A DNA stretch of 64,000 bases from Nitrospirota bacterium. GTDB taxonomy: Bacteria > Nitrospirota > Nitrospiria > Nitrospirales > Nitrospiraceae. How positions within the stretch are numbered: the stretch's first letter is position 1; each line of letters starts with the position of its first letter. Of the stretch, positions 1 through 10,908 are shown piece after piece. The stretch lies in contig CAVPBK010000004.1 of assembly GCA_963701855.1 (NCBI GenBank), forward strand, positions 256,001 to 320,000, in the 5' to 3' direction. The position numbers and the translations under genes were made by a program. The notes below the pieces were generated by a model that ran no database searches, had not been told where the DNA came from, and worked only from the letters and a program-made list of their open reading frames with translations.

Positions 1-189
1 GCACAGATGAGGGCGTGCGTGTCCATGCCGAGAAAGAGCGGGCCATCGAGCTTCGACTGCTCCCGATACAGACAAATGGCCTGACTGATGGCGAGGATAT
101 GGCACTTCATTGAAGGCTATGACGAGCTTGGGTACGTTCACCAGCATCGATAGGTCCACTGGCTTCCCTGCACGAAGACTCACATCCAC
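1..189 (-). pseudogene. pgm: phosphoglucomutase N-terminal remnant (runs off window start)
   Basis: Manual translation gives MDVSLRAGKPVDLSMLVNVPKLVIAFNE, then after a frameshift CHILAISQAICLYREQSKLDGPLFLGMDTHAL. This matches the N-terminus of alpha-D-glucose Pgm, but the FGTSGHRG segment is deleted. Confidence 0.75.
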
Positions 190-199
190 GACTCTTTCC

Positions 200-1324
200 T
201 CACCTGTACGATGATGTGCTCTCCAAGGTCTGCAATATTTTGTCAAAGGGCTTGTTGAATTTCTCGACGCCCTCATCTTCCAGTTGCTGCGTCACGTGCT
301 CGATGTTGATGCCCAGTTCCGACAATCGCTCTAACACCAATCGAGCTTCTTCGACATCGTGTTCAAGGCGGGCTTTCGGATCGCCGTGGTCACGGTACGC
401 GTCGAGGGTTGCGAGAGGCGCCGTGTTGATCGTGTCCGGTCCGATCAGGGCTTCCATGTATTTCACGTCGCTCTCGTCCGGGTTCTTGGTGCTGGTACTG
501 GCCCAAAGCAGGCGCTGGACACGCGCCCCTCGAACGGCCAGCTCCTTAAACCCGCTGCTCCAGAAAATCTTTTTGTAGATTTGATAAGCCATTTTCGCGC
601 TGGCAATAGCCACTTGTCCGCGCACCTTTTTCGCGAGGTCTGCCGCCTTGCCGCCTTGCACGATGACTGTCTCCAGCAACGGATCCACCAGTCCGTCGAT
701 ACGGCTCACAAAGAAGCTGGCCACCGAGGCCACATGTTGCACAGGCTTCCCGCGCGCCGCCCGTGCGGCGAGGCCGGCGAGGTACGCCTCTGCCACATGG
801 CGATACCGCGGCAACCCAAAGAGCAGTGTCACGTTGACGTTGATGCCTTCGCTGATGAGCTCCTGAATGGCCGACAGCCCCTCGCTCGTGGCTGGGACCT
901 TGATCAAGACGTTGGGTCGGGCCAGCGCCTTCCACAATCGGTGCGCTTCCTCAACCGTGCCTTTCGTGTCATGTGCCAGGTGGGGGTTGACCTCCAGGCT
1001 GACATAGCCATCATTGCCGGCAGTCTTGTCATACACCGAACGGAACTCGTCAGCGGCGCTCTGCACGTCTCGCTGGCTGAGCGTTTCATAGATCGCGTTC
1101 ACCCCTTTCCCCTCCAGGGCCATGGTGCGAATGTCCGCGTCATACTCATGGCTGTCGACGATCGCCTTCTCAAAGATGGAGGGATTCGAGGTCATCCCTC
1201 GCAGGCCGTCTTCCTCAATCAGACGTCGGAGCTGTCCGCTGGTGATCAGATCGCGTCGGATGTAGTCCAACCAGAGGGATTGACCGAATGTTCCCAATGT
1301 CTCCAAAGGATTGGCGTTCATCAT
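200..1324 (-). CDS. tal: transaldolase (type II)
   Basis: Motifs GQSLWLDYI, GMTSNPSIF, YVSLEV, NVLIKVPAT (Schiff-base Lys), NVNVTLLF, SVASFFVSR and LLWASTSTK. AAGGAG RBS precedes the ATG at 1324. Confidence 0.95.
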   Translation of the reverse strand: MMNANPLETLGTFGQSLWLDYIRRDLITSGQLRRLIEEDGLRGMTSNPSIFEKAIVDSHEYDADIRTMALEGKGVNAIYETLSQRDVQSAADEFRSVYDKTAGNDGYVSLEVNPHLAHDTKGTVEEAHRLWKALARPNVLIKVPATSEGLSAIQELISEGINVNVTLLFGLPRYRHVAEAYLAGLAARAARGKPVQHVASVASFFVSRIDGLVDPLLETVIVQGGKAADLAKKVRGQVAIASAKMAYQIYKKIFWSSGFKELAVRGARVQRLLWASTSTKNPDESDVKYMEALIGPDTINTAPLATLDAYRDHGDPKARLEHDVEEARLVLERLSELGINIEHVTQQLEDEGVEKFNKPFDKILQTLESTSSYR

Positions 1325-1535
1325 CGTGTCTCCTTGCGTTCCAGTTGTGCCACTTCCATCGCGCATCCCCTCGATGAGTCTGATTCTAGTCTCCAGATTC
1401 CGCTTGATTGTAGGCTCAGCTGTGCTTCGACGATCGCCTCCGGCTGAACGACCGGTAGTGGGTGCGTTCCCTCAACGGACAGAAGGCCGACACTCCTATG
1501 AGTTCCCGCTCGCAATCTGATCGCCACACACGGCC

Positions 1536-3017
1536 TCAGATCGCCGCCACCTTGTCATAGTACTGATGATCTTCTCTGTAGCCTCCATGCCCTTCCCCGA
1601 TCGTCGCAAACGTGTCGACCACCTCGATCGCACGAAGATACTTCACCATCTTGTATCCCGTTTTCGTTTCGATGCGCAGGCGACAGGGAGCCCCGTGCGG
1701 AATCGGCAGAGGAGTCCAGTTCATCTCATACGCTAGAATAGTTTGAGGGTCGAGGACCTCATCGAGCGTCAAGACTTCGTAATACGTGAGGGGCGCGTAC
1801 TCCGCTTGAGGAAACGCATGGAAGACCACGTACCGTGCCTGGGGTAGGGGCCTGCACAGGTCCAGGATGGTACTCATCCTCACCCCGCCCCATTCCGCCA
1901 CAGCCGACCAGCCCTGAATACAATTATGTTTGGTGATTTGCTCCTGCTTCGGGAGCGCACGAAGGTCCGCCAGAGACAGCACCAGCGGCCTCTCCACCAG
2001 TCCACTGATGACCATGCGCCACTCGACAAACTGTGCCTCAGCCTGTTTCACATAGGTCTCAGATTCGGGCGGGTACCCATTCACCCGAAAGTACGGCGAA
2101 ATCTCTGCTTTGGTGTACTGCTGTCGGGACCGCAAGCGTCCGAACAGAGCCCGGATAAGCGGTTCGATGACGGCGGTGGCGGTGACTTGAAACTGTCGTT
2201 GATGACGCAGCGTGTACACGGTGGCCCAGAGATGGAAGAGTACGACGCCGATCAACGCGATCGAGGCGATCCAGAGGGCGAGCCCCACATTCGGGGTGGT
2301 GGAGCCCACCACCATGTCGCTGATGTCCTCGGGGAAATGCACGACGACCACCAACGTGAGATGCACCAGCGTGTAGACGACCAAGGTCATCAATCCGAGA
2401 AAATGGAGGCTGCGCGCGGCTTGGCGCCCGCCGAAGAGTCTCGGATACCAGGGAAAGCGGGCGATGAGCGCCGGCGACATACAGAGTCCGGTCAGGATCA
2501 TCAGGGGAGCCACGAGAAAGACCACCCCGGCATAGGTGAGTTGCTGCAACGGATCATACGGGTGAAACGCGCTGTCCGGCGGGATCTGAAACCTGGCATA
2601 CGTCAGGAGGCTCTCCCAGGCCTGGGGGATAATCGTCCAACTGGTGGGGAGCAGCCGGCGCCATTGGCCGGTGACACCCAGCAAGGTCACATAGCTGAGG
2701 CCGTTCAGGACCCAGACCGGGACAATCAGAAAATGCCAGTTCCGTGAAGCCCCCAGATTATGGTGCCCACCGGGGAGGGCGACGAGGGAGTTGATATGCT
2801 CTGCCTCATCCATTGAGGTCCAGAGGCGATCTGTCGGCATCACTTTCTTGCCGAATTTGATCCATTCGCTCCCGGGCGTGGTGTCATCGTTCCAGTAGAG
2901 TTTCGGATGGTCCGCAAGGATCTGTACGCCGCTCCGCATCAACACAAAGATGCAGAACAGATTGATGAAATGGTTGATCCGCAGCCAGAGAGGAAATCCT
3001 AACAACTCCTGCTCCAT
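1536..3017 (-). CDS. cytochrome b domain fused to sulfite-oxidase-family molybdopterin oxidoreductase (MsrP-like)
   Basis: N-terminal TM helices carry His ligands (RINHFIN, RNWHF, RSLHF). The C-terminus has Moco motifs HNCIQGWS, AEWGGV, LAYEMN..PLPIPHGAPCRL and GYKMVKY. Confidence 0.85.
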   Translation of the reverse strand: MEQELLGFPLWLRINHFINLFCIFVLMRSGVQILADHPKLYWNDDTTPGSEWIKFGKKVMPTDRLWTSMDEAEHINSLVALPGGHHNLGASRNWHFLIVPVWVLNGLSYVTLLGVTGQWRRLLPTSWTIIPQAWESLLTYARFQIPPDSAFHPYDPLQQLTYAGVVFLVAPLMILTGLCMSPALIARFPWYPRLFGGRQAARSLHFLGLMTLVVYTLVHLTLVVVVHFPEDISDMVVGSTTPNVGLALWIASIALIGVVLFHLWATVYTLRHQRQFQVTATAVIEPLIRALFGRLRSRQQYTKAEISPYFRVNGYPPESETYVKQAEAQFVEWRMVISGLVERPLVLSLADLRALPKQEQITKHNCIQGWSAVAEWGGVRMSTILDLCRPLPQARYVVFHAFPQAEYAPLTYYEVLTLDEVLDPQTILAYEMNWTPLPIPHGAPCRLRIETKTGYKMVKYLRAIEVVDTFATIGEGHGGYREDHQYYDKVAAI

Positions 3018-3243
3018 CCATCTCTCCTTGTGAGGTCCGATGAGCGATCCATCGGTAAGTCGTCAGGTTGACCCTCCGACCTAGCGCTGACCAACAGGAC
3101 AATGATCGTCAAGAGGCATTGATCAGCTGTGATCCCAAATGCTTATGTCCCAATGCCCACTCGTCAGCACAATGGACGGAGGGTCTACCTTCCGCACTCT
3201 CTTTTGTCCCCCAATAGGTCTCTTCATCATAATTCTTCACGCA

Positions 3244-3501
3244 TTATTCATTCTTCGTGTTCGACTCCTTCCGGGGTGAGCGTATGCGTTGGCTGATCTT
3301 GGTGAGCGCCGCACCTTTGTGCATGGCCATGTGGTCGGTCTTGTCGCTCTTGATCAAATATTGCGGCTCCTCCTTCGAGGCATGGACGATATAGGTCTTA
3401 AACTTGATGGCGGAGGTGACCTTCTTCTTGATCGTTCCCTGGACGTGGCCCGCTTCCGAGTTCCAGCTCACATGATCTCCGGCTTTGAAGACGTATCCCA
3501 T
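3244..3501 (-). CDS. DUF2945/HVA1-like small protein
   Basis: FKAGDHVSWNSEAGHVQGTI...ASKEEPQYLIKSDKTDHMAMHKGAAL is typical of the family. Start refined to MGYVFK. Confidence 0.8.
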   Translation of the reverse strand: MGYVFKAGDHVSWNSEAGHVQGTIKKKVTSAIKFKTYIVHASKEEPQYLIKSDKTDHMAMHKGAALTKISQRIRSPRKESNTKNE

Positions 3502-3680
3502 TGGTATGATTTCTCGTAAATGCTTCGTGCTTGTATTGCTTCGGGTGACGGTCGCCGAGTCGATCACGTCCTAGCCCGTCACCCGCAACATCCCGACCAG
3601 AGTGGTGCTTCAACACCCACCCGCGAGTGGCTGGCAACAACTTCGGTACGTGCCGGTGCCTTTGGCCATATCGCCCAGAA

Positions 3681-5770
3681 TTAGGCTGTCTTCTTTTCGA
3701 GTAACACCAGCACCTGCTTGCATACGTTTTCCACAGTGAAGCCATATTCGTGCATGACCACCGGCCCGGGAGCCGACGCGCCAAACCGGTCCACCCCGAT
3801 CACGTCTCCCTGGTCCCCCACGTACCGGTGCCACCCCTGCGTACGCCCGCTTCGACCGCGAGCCGCGCATGGACCGACGGGGGTAACACCGAGTCGCGAT
3901 AGTCCCGAGATTGGGCCTCAAACAATTCCCAACTCGGCATCGACACGAGGCGCACGGCGATGTGCTGCTCCTGCAACGCCTGTTGCGCCGCCACGATGAG
4001 GCCGACCTCCGATCCGCTGGCGATCAAAATCACGTGCGGGTTGCCCTGCGGCGCATCGGCCAGGATGTATGCCCCGCGGCGGAGACCGTCCGCCGACGCA
4101 AATTGCGACCGGTTGAGCGTCGGCACCGATTCTGCCGCGTCAGGATCAAGGCCACCGGCCGGTCCCGCGTTTCGATCGCCACCCGCCATGCCACCGCCGT
4201 CTCGTTGGCGTCGCCAGGACGGATGACCATCAGCTGCGGAATCGCCCGCAGACTGGCGACCTGCTCCACGGCTTGATGGGTCGGGCCGTCCTCACCCAGT
4301 GCAAGGCTGTCATGCGTGAACACGTACACCACCTGGATTCCCATCAACGCGGCGAGTCGAATCGGCGGGCGCATGTAATCGGAGAAGGTCAGAAACGTGG
4401 CGCCGAACGGGATGATGCCTCCATGTGTGGCCAGGCCGTTCAAGATCGCCCCCATCGCATGTTCGCGAACCCCAAACTGCAGATTGCGGCCGGCATAACT
4501 CCAGCCGCCGCCGGCCGACCCTTGCAGATCACCAACCGCCATGGCGGAGTTCTCAAAGTTGCCTGCATCGTTCAGTTCCGTATACGTGGATGGATTCAAG
4601 TCGGCCGAGCCGCCGATTAGGCCGGGGAGGTTCTGACTGATCGCTTCCATTATTTTTCCCGACGCGACGCGGGTGGCCAGGCCTTTGGCATCGGCGGGGA
4701 ATTGCGGAATGTTCGCGTCCCAGCCTGGTGGCAGTTCTCCCGCGATGAGGAGGCGCAGTTCGCGGGCGAGTTCCGGATACTGCTGTTCGTATGCCGCAAA
4801 CTTCTCATTCCATTCTGCTTCTGCTTGCCGACCACGGTGAACGGCTTGGCGACAATGCTGCTCGACTGCGTCTGGCACAAGAAATGGTGGTTCGACGGGC
4901 CACCCAAGGTTCTCCTTCGTCAGCTGTGACTTCTTCCTCGCCCAGCGGGGAGCCATGCGCCGCAAAGGTGTCCTGCTTATGGGGCGACCCATAACCGATA
5001 TGCGTCCGCACCAGGATCAGTGAGGGGCGCTCCGTCTCCTGCCGCGCCGCGCGGATGGCGCCGTCGATGGCGTCCACGTCGTTGCCATCATCGATCGATT
5101 GCGTGTGCCAGCCATACGCCGCGAACCGTTGCGCACGGTCTTCGGTGAAGGTCAACTGCGTCGAGGCGGCGAGCGTGATGTGATTGTCATCGTAGAGATA
5201 AATCAGCTTGCCCAGTTTCAAGTGCCCGGCGAGCGAGGCGGCTTCCGCCGCGACGCCTTCCATCAAATCGCCGTCGCTGACCAGCCCGTAGGTGAAATGA
5301 TGAATGATCTCAAACCCTGGCCGATTGTAGCGGGCGGCCAGATACGCTTCGGCAATGGCCAGGCCAACTCCATTCCCAAATCCCTGACCGAGCGGACCAG
5401 TGGTGACTTCTACCCCGGGGGTCACCCCGCGCTCGGGATGACCCGGCGTGAAGCTGCCCCACTGGCGAAACTGTTTGATTTGTTCGAGCGGCAGATCATA
5501 GCCCGTGAGATGCAGCAAGCTGTACAGGAGCATCGATCCGTGGCCGGCTGACAAGACAAATCGGTCCCGATTGAACCAGTGCGGATTCGTCGGATTATGT
5601 TGAAGAAATCTGGTCCACAACACATACGCCATCGGGGCGGCACCCAACGGCAGACCCGGGTGGCCGCTCTTGGCTTTTTCCACCGCATCCACCGACAGGA
5701 ACCGAATCGTGTTGATCGACAGCTGATCCAATTGCGCAGGGGTAAGACTTGTTTCGCCTATGGTATTCAT
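3681..5770 (-). pseudogene. tkt: transketolase, split by several frameshifts
   Basis: Consecutive ORFs in different frames (4805-5770, 4030-4992, 3800-4189, then a tail ...[16 protein letters not shown]) carry successive Tkt motifs: [20 protein letters not shown]-like [35 protein letters not shown]. Confidence 0.9.
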
Positions 5771-6044
5771 CGTGCGTTTTCCTGGCTAAGCTCGCGGTGT
5801 TTGCCCCGCCTTGTGATCGAGCGAGCGCAAATACCTAGCGGATCTCTTTCATTCCGAGAAACTAGCACCGATAGATCTGTTGCTAAGCGATGCGACGTAA
5901 ACACAAGAAGCATACATACAATAGTCCAATCGCTGAATAGGGGTGTGCTCCTCACCGCCCCTTCTCGACCAGCACGACCTTCTTCTTGCTGACGCTCTCC
6001 CGACCAACGCATTGAGCACGTGAAGGATGAACGAGCCGTTTCTA

Positions 6045-6362
6045 TCACATGCCCCCACGCTGGGTAGCGTCCTTATGTGGCGGTGTCCAGTGATACCCGT
6101 CCTCTCCATGTAGCCGCATTTCCTCAGCCACATTCTCTTTCAGTAAGCGGTCGATTCTCGCTTGGGTAAAGCTTCGATCGGCTAAGATGGGCCATCCAAT
6201 GCACAGCGTAAATTGTTTCTTCCCATTATCAACGGTAAAGGTATGAGTGCGCGATGCGTCGGCTCGATGCGCAATGCCAAAATTATCGAACTCCTTCTTT
6301 AGGAATGTTTTGACCACCTCAACATTTGCATCGATCCATGACGTTTCATTCATGTCTGCCAT
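6045..6362 (-). CDS. hypothetical protein
   Basis: Protein-like ORF (MADMNETSWIDANVEVVKTFLKKEF...) with an RBS-like GAAGGGTG upstream. Confidence 0.55.
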   Translation of the reverse strand: MADMNETSWIDANVEVVKTFLKKEFDNFGIAHRADASRTHTFTVDNGKKQFTLCIGWPILADRSFTQARIDRLLKENVAEEMRLHGEDGYHWTPPHKDATQRGGM

Positions 6363-6533
6363 TGGCGTGTCACCCTTCTTCAAGAAGTTCGTGTCATTCC
6401 CATACGTGGTCGGTCCTCCTGACCGCCATCCTTGGAGGGGCACTCGACGATCCACAATGGGGCTCCTCAACGTATTTCTGAGTGAGTCGCCGGATGTTGG
6501 AGCATAGGGTCAACAGCCGATCACCCTTGTGCT

Positions 6534-7178
6534 TCAGAGATTCTTCCGCAACCGCACGACTCGGCCCAAGATGCGCTGCTGTTTCGTCTTGGGGAAGTCT
6601 TGATACCGCCGGTTGAGCGGATAAAGAATAGCCTGCCTGCCGATTTCCTTGAGCTGCCGTACAAGGGCTCCTTTTGAGCCGCCGGCCTCACTTTCCACCA
6701 CCACATAGTCACCAGGCTCACCGGAAAGCTCAGGATTGACGAAAATGATTTCGCCTTCGCTGAAGAGGGGCTGCATAGAATCGTCTCGTATCTGTAGCGC
6801 GAAGGTGCGTCTCCCAGGAATGTCTGTTTCAAGCAGCCCTTTCGCGTGGATGAGACGAGGCAGCGGCTCGGGCTCGACCATCTGGTCGATTTGATCCCAC
6901 CCTAGAAGCGGCACCTTCCTCATTGAGCCGAGGGGGGAGGGATGGGTGTTCTCTGTGAGTTCGAACAGTTCCGCTGCGTGTGGCGGGCCCCCGGATCGCA
7001 GGAAATCAGCATGAATGCGAAAATATCGCGCAAACTGTTCCCAGATTTTCGGATCTGATGGGACCTCGTCGACCAGAATGTTGGCAATCGTCCGCACAGA
7101 GACTCCCACCGCAGAAGCCAGCTCCTCTTCAGTCAGTCCCTCACCGAGTTCTCGATGAACAAGTCTTTTCAAGTCCAC
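6534..7178 (-). CDS. XRE-HTH / S24 peptidase-fold (LexA/CI-like) transcriptional regulator
   Basis: N-terminal HTH LTEEELASAVGVSVRTIANI. C-terminal FALQIRDDSMQPLFSEGEIIFVNP...ILGRVV. Confidence 0.85.
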   Translation of the reverse strand: MDLKRLVHRELGEGLTEEELASAVGVSVRTIANILVDEVPSDPKIWEQFARYFRIHADFLRSGGPPHAAELFELTENTHPSPLGSMRKVPLLGWDQIDQMVEPEPLPRLIHAKGLLETDIPGRRTFALQIRDDSMQPLFSEGEIIFVNPELSGEPGDYVVVESEAGGSKGALVRQLKEIGRQAILYPLNRRYQDFPKTKQQRILGRVVRLRKNL

Positions 7179-8140
7179 AACGGAATTCCTCCTCTACCTG
7201 TTCGCGGCGTCTGGCATTGAGTATTCCTGCCCGAGTGAAACATATTCATACCCCGCATCGGCGAGAAGCACCGCGTCGCCAGGAGAGCGCATATCTCGTG
7301 ACAGCCCACTGTTTCAGTCCCGTCAATCACGAATTTGCAACCCGGCGCAACGGACGCATAATCTCGTAGAGAATTGCTCGCTCGCGGGAAGGGGCCGACT
7401 GGCATGCCCGTTCCGTCCCGCTTCATTGTTCCGACCCACTTCGGCTCTTCCAGCTCCATTCTCCGCTCTATGATTCAGCCTCCCGGTTGTCGGGTCAACG
7501 CGATGTGTGCTTGGGTTCAGAAGGTCACGGTGTTCTCAGTCGTTGGCGTCACTGTAGCCCCGCCATATGATCGATCCATGAAAGGATCATGAAGAATTTT
7601 TCATCAGCCCTGAATGACTAGAAGAGCGGCGGTCGTCGTGGAGCAGCCAGACGCAGCCATTGCAGGGTACAATTTCATGGAATACGCCCCCTGCTTCTGA
7701 AATTCCCGTCGCTGGAATCGCATCGTGCATGTCGACGTATCGCTTGCGGAGGTGAACGAACACTATAGCGTCGAGGTCGGCATGCTGGGGAGATCCGAAG
7801 CCGGACTGAGATTCCTAACACCTCCTGCTCCGTCCTTCTCTTCTTGATGGGTCCCGATGAGGAATCCAACGATGAGGCGTCAGGGCGCCCCCTGACCTGG
7901 CGCCGCCAACATGACGACGATCGGCATGAGGCATTAACTAGCTGTGACCAGAAATGCTCATGTCACGACCTCCTTCGAGCACAGTGCAAGTCTCAACCGG
8001 GTATGTGCGCGTAGTCTCCGGGCCTCAGCAAAGGGCGTGAGAGCATGAACCTGACGCGGTGCACACATATTTCAGGATTTCACAGGCAGGCCAAGCGGTA
8101 TGCGTATTTCTGGCCTCATCCAGCGCACTCCCTTTCTACC

Positions 8141-8482
8141 TTACTTCGATGGGCTCTTGCCCTTCTCCTTAAGGTCTTCTGCGGCAAGAGCCGCTCCACC
8201 CCCTTGAGTCTTTTCGACGTTTTGTTCCAATTCTTGCCGGGTGACGGGCTCGGGTTTCTCCCTTTTCATTCCTCCCGTTAACACGTCACTCCGTGTACCC
8301 GGACCAGTGCCGCCCTGACCAAAGGTTCCTCCACCTGGAGTGCTTCGTTGAATCTCCTGTGGCACATTATCTTTGGGATTACCTGAGGTCCCAGGCTGAA
8401 CCCCGAGGATCTCCGCCAACGCTCCTGTGGCCACGAACACACTCACACACACGACACCGCCCCATATTTGCACCTTGTTCAT
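8141..8482 (-). CDS. hypothetical secreted protein
   Basis: AAAGGAGG RBS, signal peptide MNKVQIWGGVVCVSVFVATGALA, and a Gly/Thr-rich body. Confidence 0.65.
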   Translation of the reverse strand: MNKVQIWGGVVCVSVFVATGALAEILGVQPGTSGNPKDNVPQEIQRSTPGGGTFGQGGTGPGTRSDVLTGGMKREKPEPVTRQELEQNVEKTQGGGAALAAEDLKEKGKSPSK

Positions 8483-8980
8483 CACAAACCTCCTTTGGCG
8501 TGAGAGTAGTGAGTGCACGATGCACCTCCTACTCAAGCAGAAAGATATCCTGCATTGGTGGCGGAAACTTTGATGCTAATTCCTAACGCTACTATCAATA
8601 GCCACTTAAAGTCTGAGCAATAGTGCACAAATTCAGCGGTTTTACCATCATGGCTTGGCCGACAAGTAATCATCCGCTTGGTGCACGGAAGCGTATCTGA
8701 TGAGGTGTTGCAGCAGATGCCGTCCCCCGGTCTCGGCGTTTCATGGAGGAAACGGACGAACGGTGGGAAAAGCTCGACGGATGACGAACTTTTTATATTC
8801 TGTGAGGTTGCTCTATTCATAAATACCGCCTGCGTCTTCCAATCCTCTCGCTCGGTCATCTTTTCGGTCTTCTCGACGGAATTGCAATAGCTCCTAATCT
8901 TGGAAAGCTACGAAATTTGAGAAGAGCCGTTGCTCGGCCATTTTCCGAGGCAGCCCCTTCTCGCCACATGTTGAACTCGA

Positions 8981-9181
8981 TTACGCAAGCTGCGAGCGGA
9001 GTGCGACCTCATAAGTGGAGTAACCAAGTTGGCTAAGCAACAGCCGTCCATCTCGCGACATCCGATCAACGGCGACGAATACTTCTCCCCAACTGAAATG
9101 GGAAAGTTCGGTGACCACCTCGTCAAAGCGGCACGGACCGCTCTGTAACTTTTCAATAATCGCTTCTTCTATGGGTAGCAT
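8981..9181 (-). CDS. small winged-helix-like hypothetical protein
   Basis: GGAGG RBS. MLPIEEAIIEKLQSGPCRFDEVVTELSHFSWGEVFVAVDRMSRDGRLLL has a wHTH-like pattern. Confidence 0.6.
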   Translation of the reverse strand: MLPIEEAIIEKLQSGPCRFDEVVTELSHFSWGEVFVAVDRMSRDGRLLLSQLGYSTYEVALRSQLA

Positions 9182-9378
9182 GGCGTCAGACCTCCGGTTG
9201 AAGTGAGATGCTCCCGCTGATGTCACGTATTATGGACAGGCATGCGCCGTTGGTAAGTCAGCACTTCCCTAGTATTGGAGTAAGACCAGTCCTACGAAAT
9301 CCCTCGAAGAAGCGGGCCGGATCTCTCCCGGCGACCGCAGAGCCGTATACTAAGGTTGTGGGAAGCTGTCGGCGCGAG

Positions 9379-9540
9379 TCAGCGAGCAACTGCGTCACCG
9401 CAGGCCGTGCAGCAATAGCTGCCCGTCATATAGCCATCTTCGTTCCGTTCCACATCGACTTTCAGATGCTCACAGAGCGGTGGGTACTTCACTTGGTAAT
9501 TCCACTTCGCTCGTAATTCAGCAGCCTGCGTCTTTGTCAT
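9379..9540 (-). CDS. small putative Zn-binding protein
   Basis: MTKTQAAELRAKW..CEH....YCCTACG, preceded by an AAGGA RBS. Confidence 0.55.
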   Translation of the reverse strand: MTKTQAAELRAKWNYQVKYPPLCEHLKVDVERNEDGYMTGSYCCTACGDAVAR

Positions 9541-9820
9541 GACATTCCTTTCGTTCCTTAACTTCTCATCGACACGTCGATTCCAGGAACTTACCTCATC
9601 ACTGATGTCCGCGCATGATGAGTCAGTCCAACCGCTGGTGCTGTCTTCTTTTGCACACATCTAGAACTGATCACGCGGGGAAGAATGGAGCTTACGGCAG
9701 CGGAGGGAGGGGTAACTGTAAGAGAGAACCTAGATGAGACTATGCATAAGATATCTTCTAGGTGAGTTGGAGAGTTGATGCATGGAGTGCGTGGCCTGAC
9801 GTGATCCTGCACGTTTCGTC

Positions 9821-10057
9821 TTAATCTTCCGACAATACTGGAACCTTTCCGTCGGTAATAGCTTGACCCGATTTGATTCTATGGGTATTAGCGGTCTCTT
9901 CCATGGCGTAGGTAGTGTCGTCTGTATAGGACTTCGCTGTGACTATCCCCTCACGCTCCGAAGAAATCTCAATCTTTGGCCTCCACTCGTCCTTCCCCAA
10001 CAGTTGCGACGGGGTCGAGCTGATGGTGTATCCTCGATATTCGACATTCTTGGTCAT
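9821..10057 (-). CDS. small hypothetical protein
   Basis: VEYRGYTISSTP..W.PKIEI pattern. ATGA overlap with the upstream ORF. Confidence 0.55.
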   Translation of the reverse strand: MTKNVEYRGYTISSTPSQLLGKDEWRPKIEISSEREGIVTAKSYTDDTTYAMEETANTHRIKSGQAITDGKVPVLSED

Positions 10058-10221
10058 GCGGGTGGCTCCGAGTGAGAGGCCATGAACCGATCAAGATCCT
10101 CCTTCGTGATCGTCCCATCAATCACAATTGTTTCCCCTGCGCTGTCGGCCAATGGAGCCTCAGATCCGTGCTGGACGGCCCATGTTAATAACTTCGTCAG
10201 GTTCTCCCACGTCATTTCCAT
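10054..10221 (-). CDS. small hypothetical protein
   Basis: MEMTWENLTKLLTWAVQHG... with a GGAG RBS. Translationally coupled to 9821-10057. Confidence 0.45.
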   Translation of the reverse strand: MEMTWENLTKLLTWAVQHGSEAPLADSAGETIVIDGTITKEDLDRFMASHSEPPA

Positions 10222-10480
10222 ATTTACTCCGGCAGCTCCAGCTGCCCGGCCCATTCAGCCTCAGGCCCGCAGGGTATGCGATGGGTCTCAAGGTGTGAGT
10301 GCATTCCCGGCGATACACCGATCGTTCGCAACTCATTATTCCACTCGATGAGTTCGATAATCTGCAATCGATCTCGTTTAGACCTCCATGCCAAGGACAT
10401 GACAGCCGGGCAATCTGGGAGGAATAGCGGGTACGCGGAGCAACAGGACAGGCCCCTGCAGACCCAAGGGGTAACCATCA

Positions 10481-10747
10481 TTATCTTGTGCCTTGTGGAA
10501 TACGAACCTCGGCAATCCGGGCCCCGTTCACCACTTTGGCGATATTCATCACCATTTCTTTTACCGATTCCCTGTGAAGCTTTGGACCAGGCGGCACTTC
10601 GGCCATTTCAGTATGTATGGCTTCAGCGATTGAGTCGGGCATAACCTTGTGCTGCTGCTCTAGCGCACGACACAGTCCAACAAATGCAATCGTAAACGCG
10701 GTAACGACATCGGATAATTCCTGATTATTTTGCTCATTCAAAGACAT
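10481..10747 (-). CDS. hypothetical protein
   Basis: AGGAGG RBS and helical ORF MSLNEQNNQELSDVVTAFTIAFVGLCRAL... Confidence 0.55.
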   Translation of the reverse strand: MSLNEQNNQELSDVVTAFTIAFVGLCRALEQQHKVMPDSIAEAIHTEMAEVPPGPKLHRESVKEMVMNIAKVVNGARIAEVRIPQGTR

Positions 10748-10908
10748 GATTCCCTCCTGGTGTGTTGTAATGGATGCGCGACTCAAATCCCATTTCTCGT
10801 TACTGTGGTCGTGACAGTCTCCTCTGCAGGATTACAGTTTGTTCGCCTGATCGAGCAATCTGGCTATGCGTTTCCGGCAGAACTGCCTAAGCTTTGGCCA
10901 GAACCTCG

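Noticed and set aside
359..1447. 362-aa + strand ORF (and similar long antisense ORFs over the kinase, rel, hppA and hsdR)
   Set aside because: These are antisense shadows of well-supported genes in GC-rich DNA, with no recognisable motifs.
3681..5770. Programmed frameshifting in tkt
   Set aside because: Several independent shifts with no slippery-site pattern; decay or sequence error is more parsimonious.
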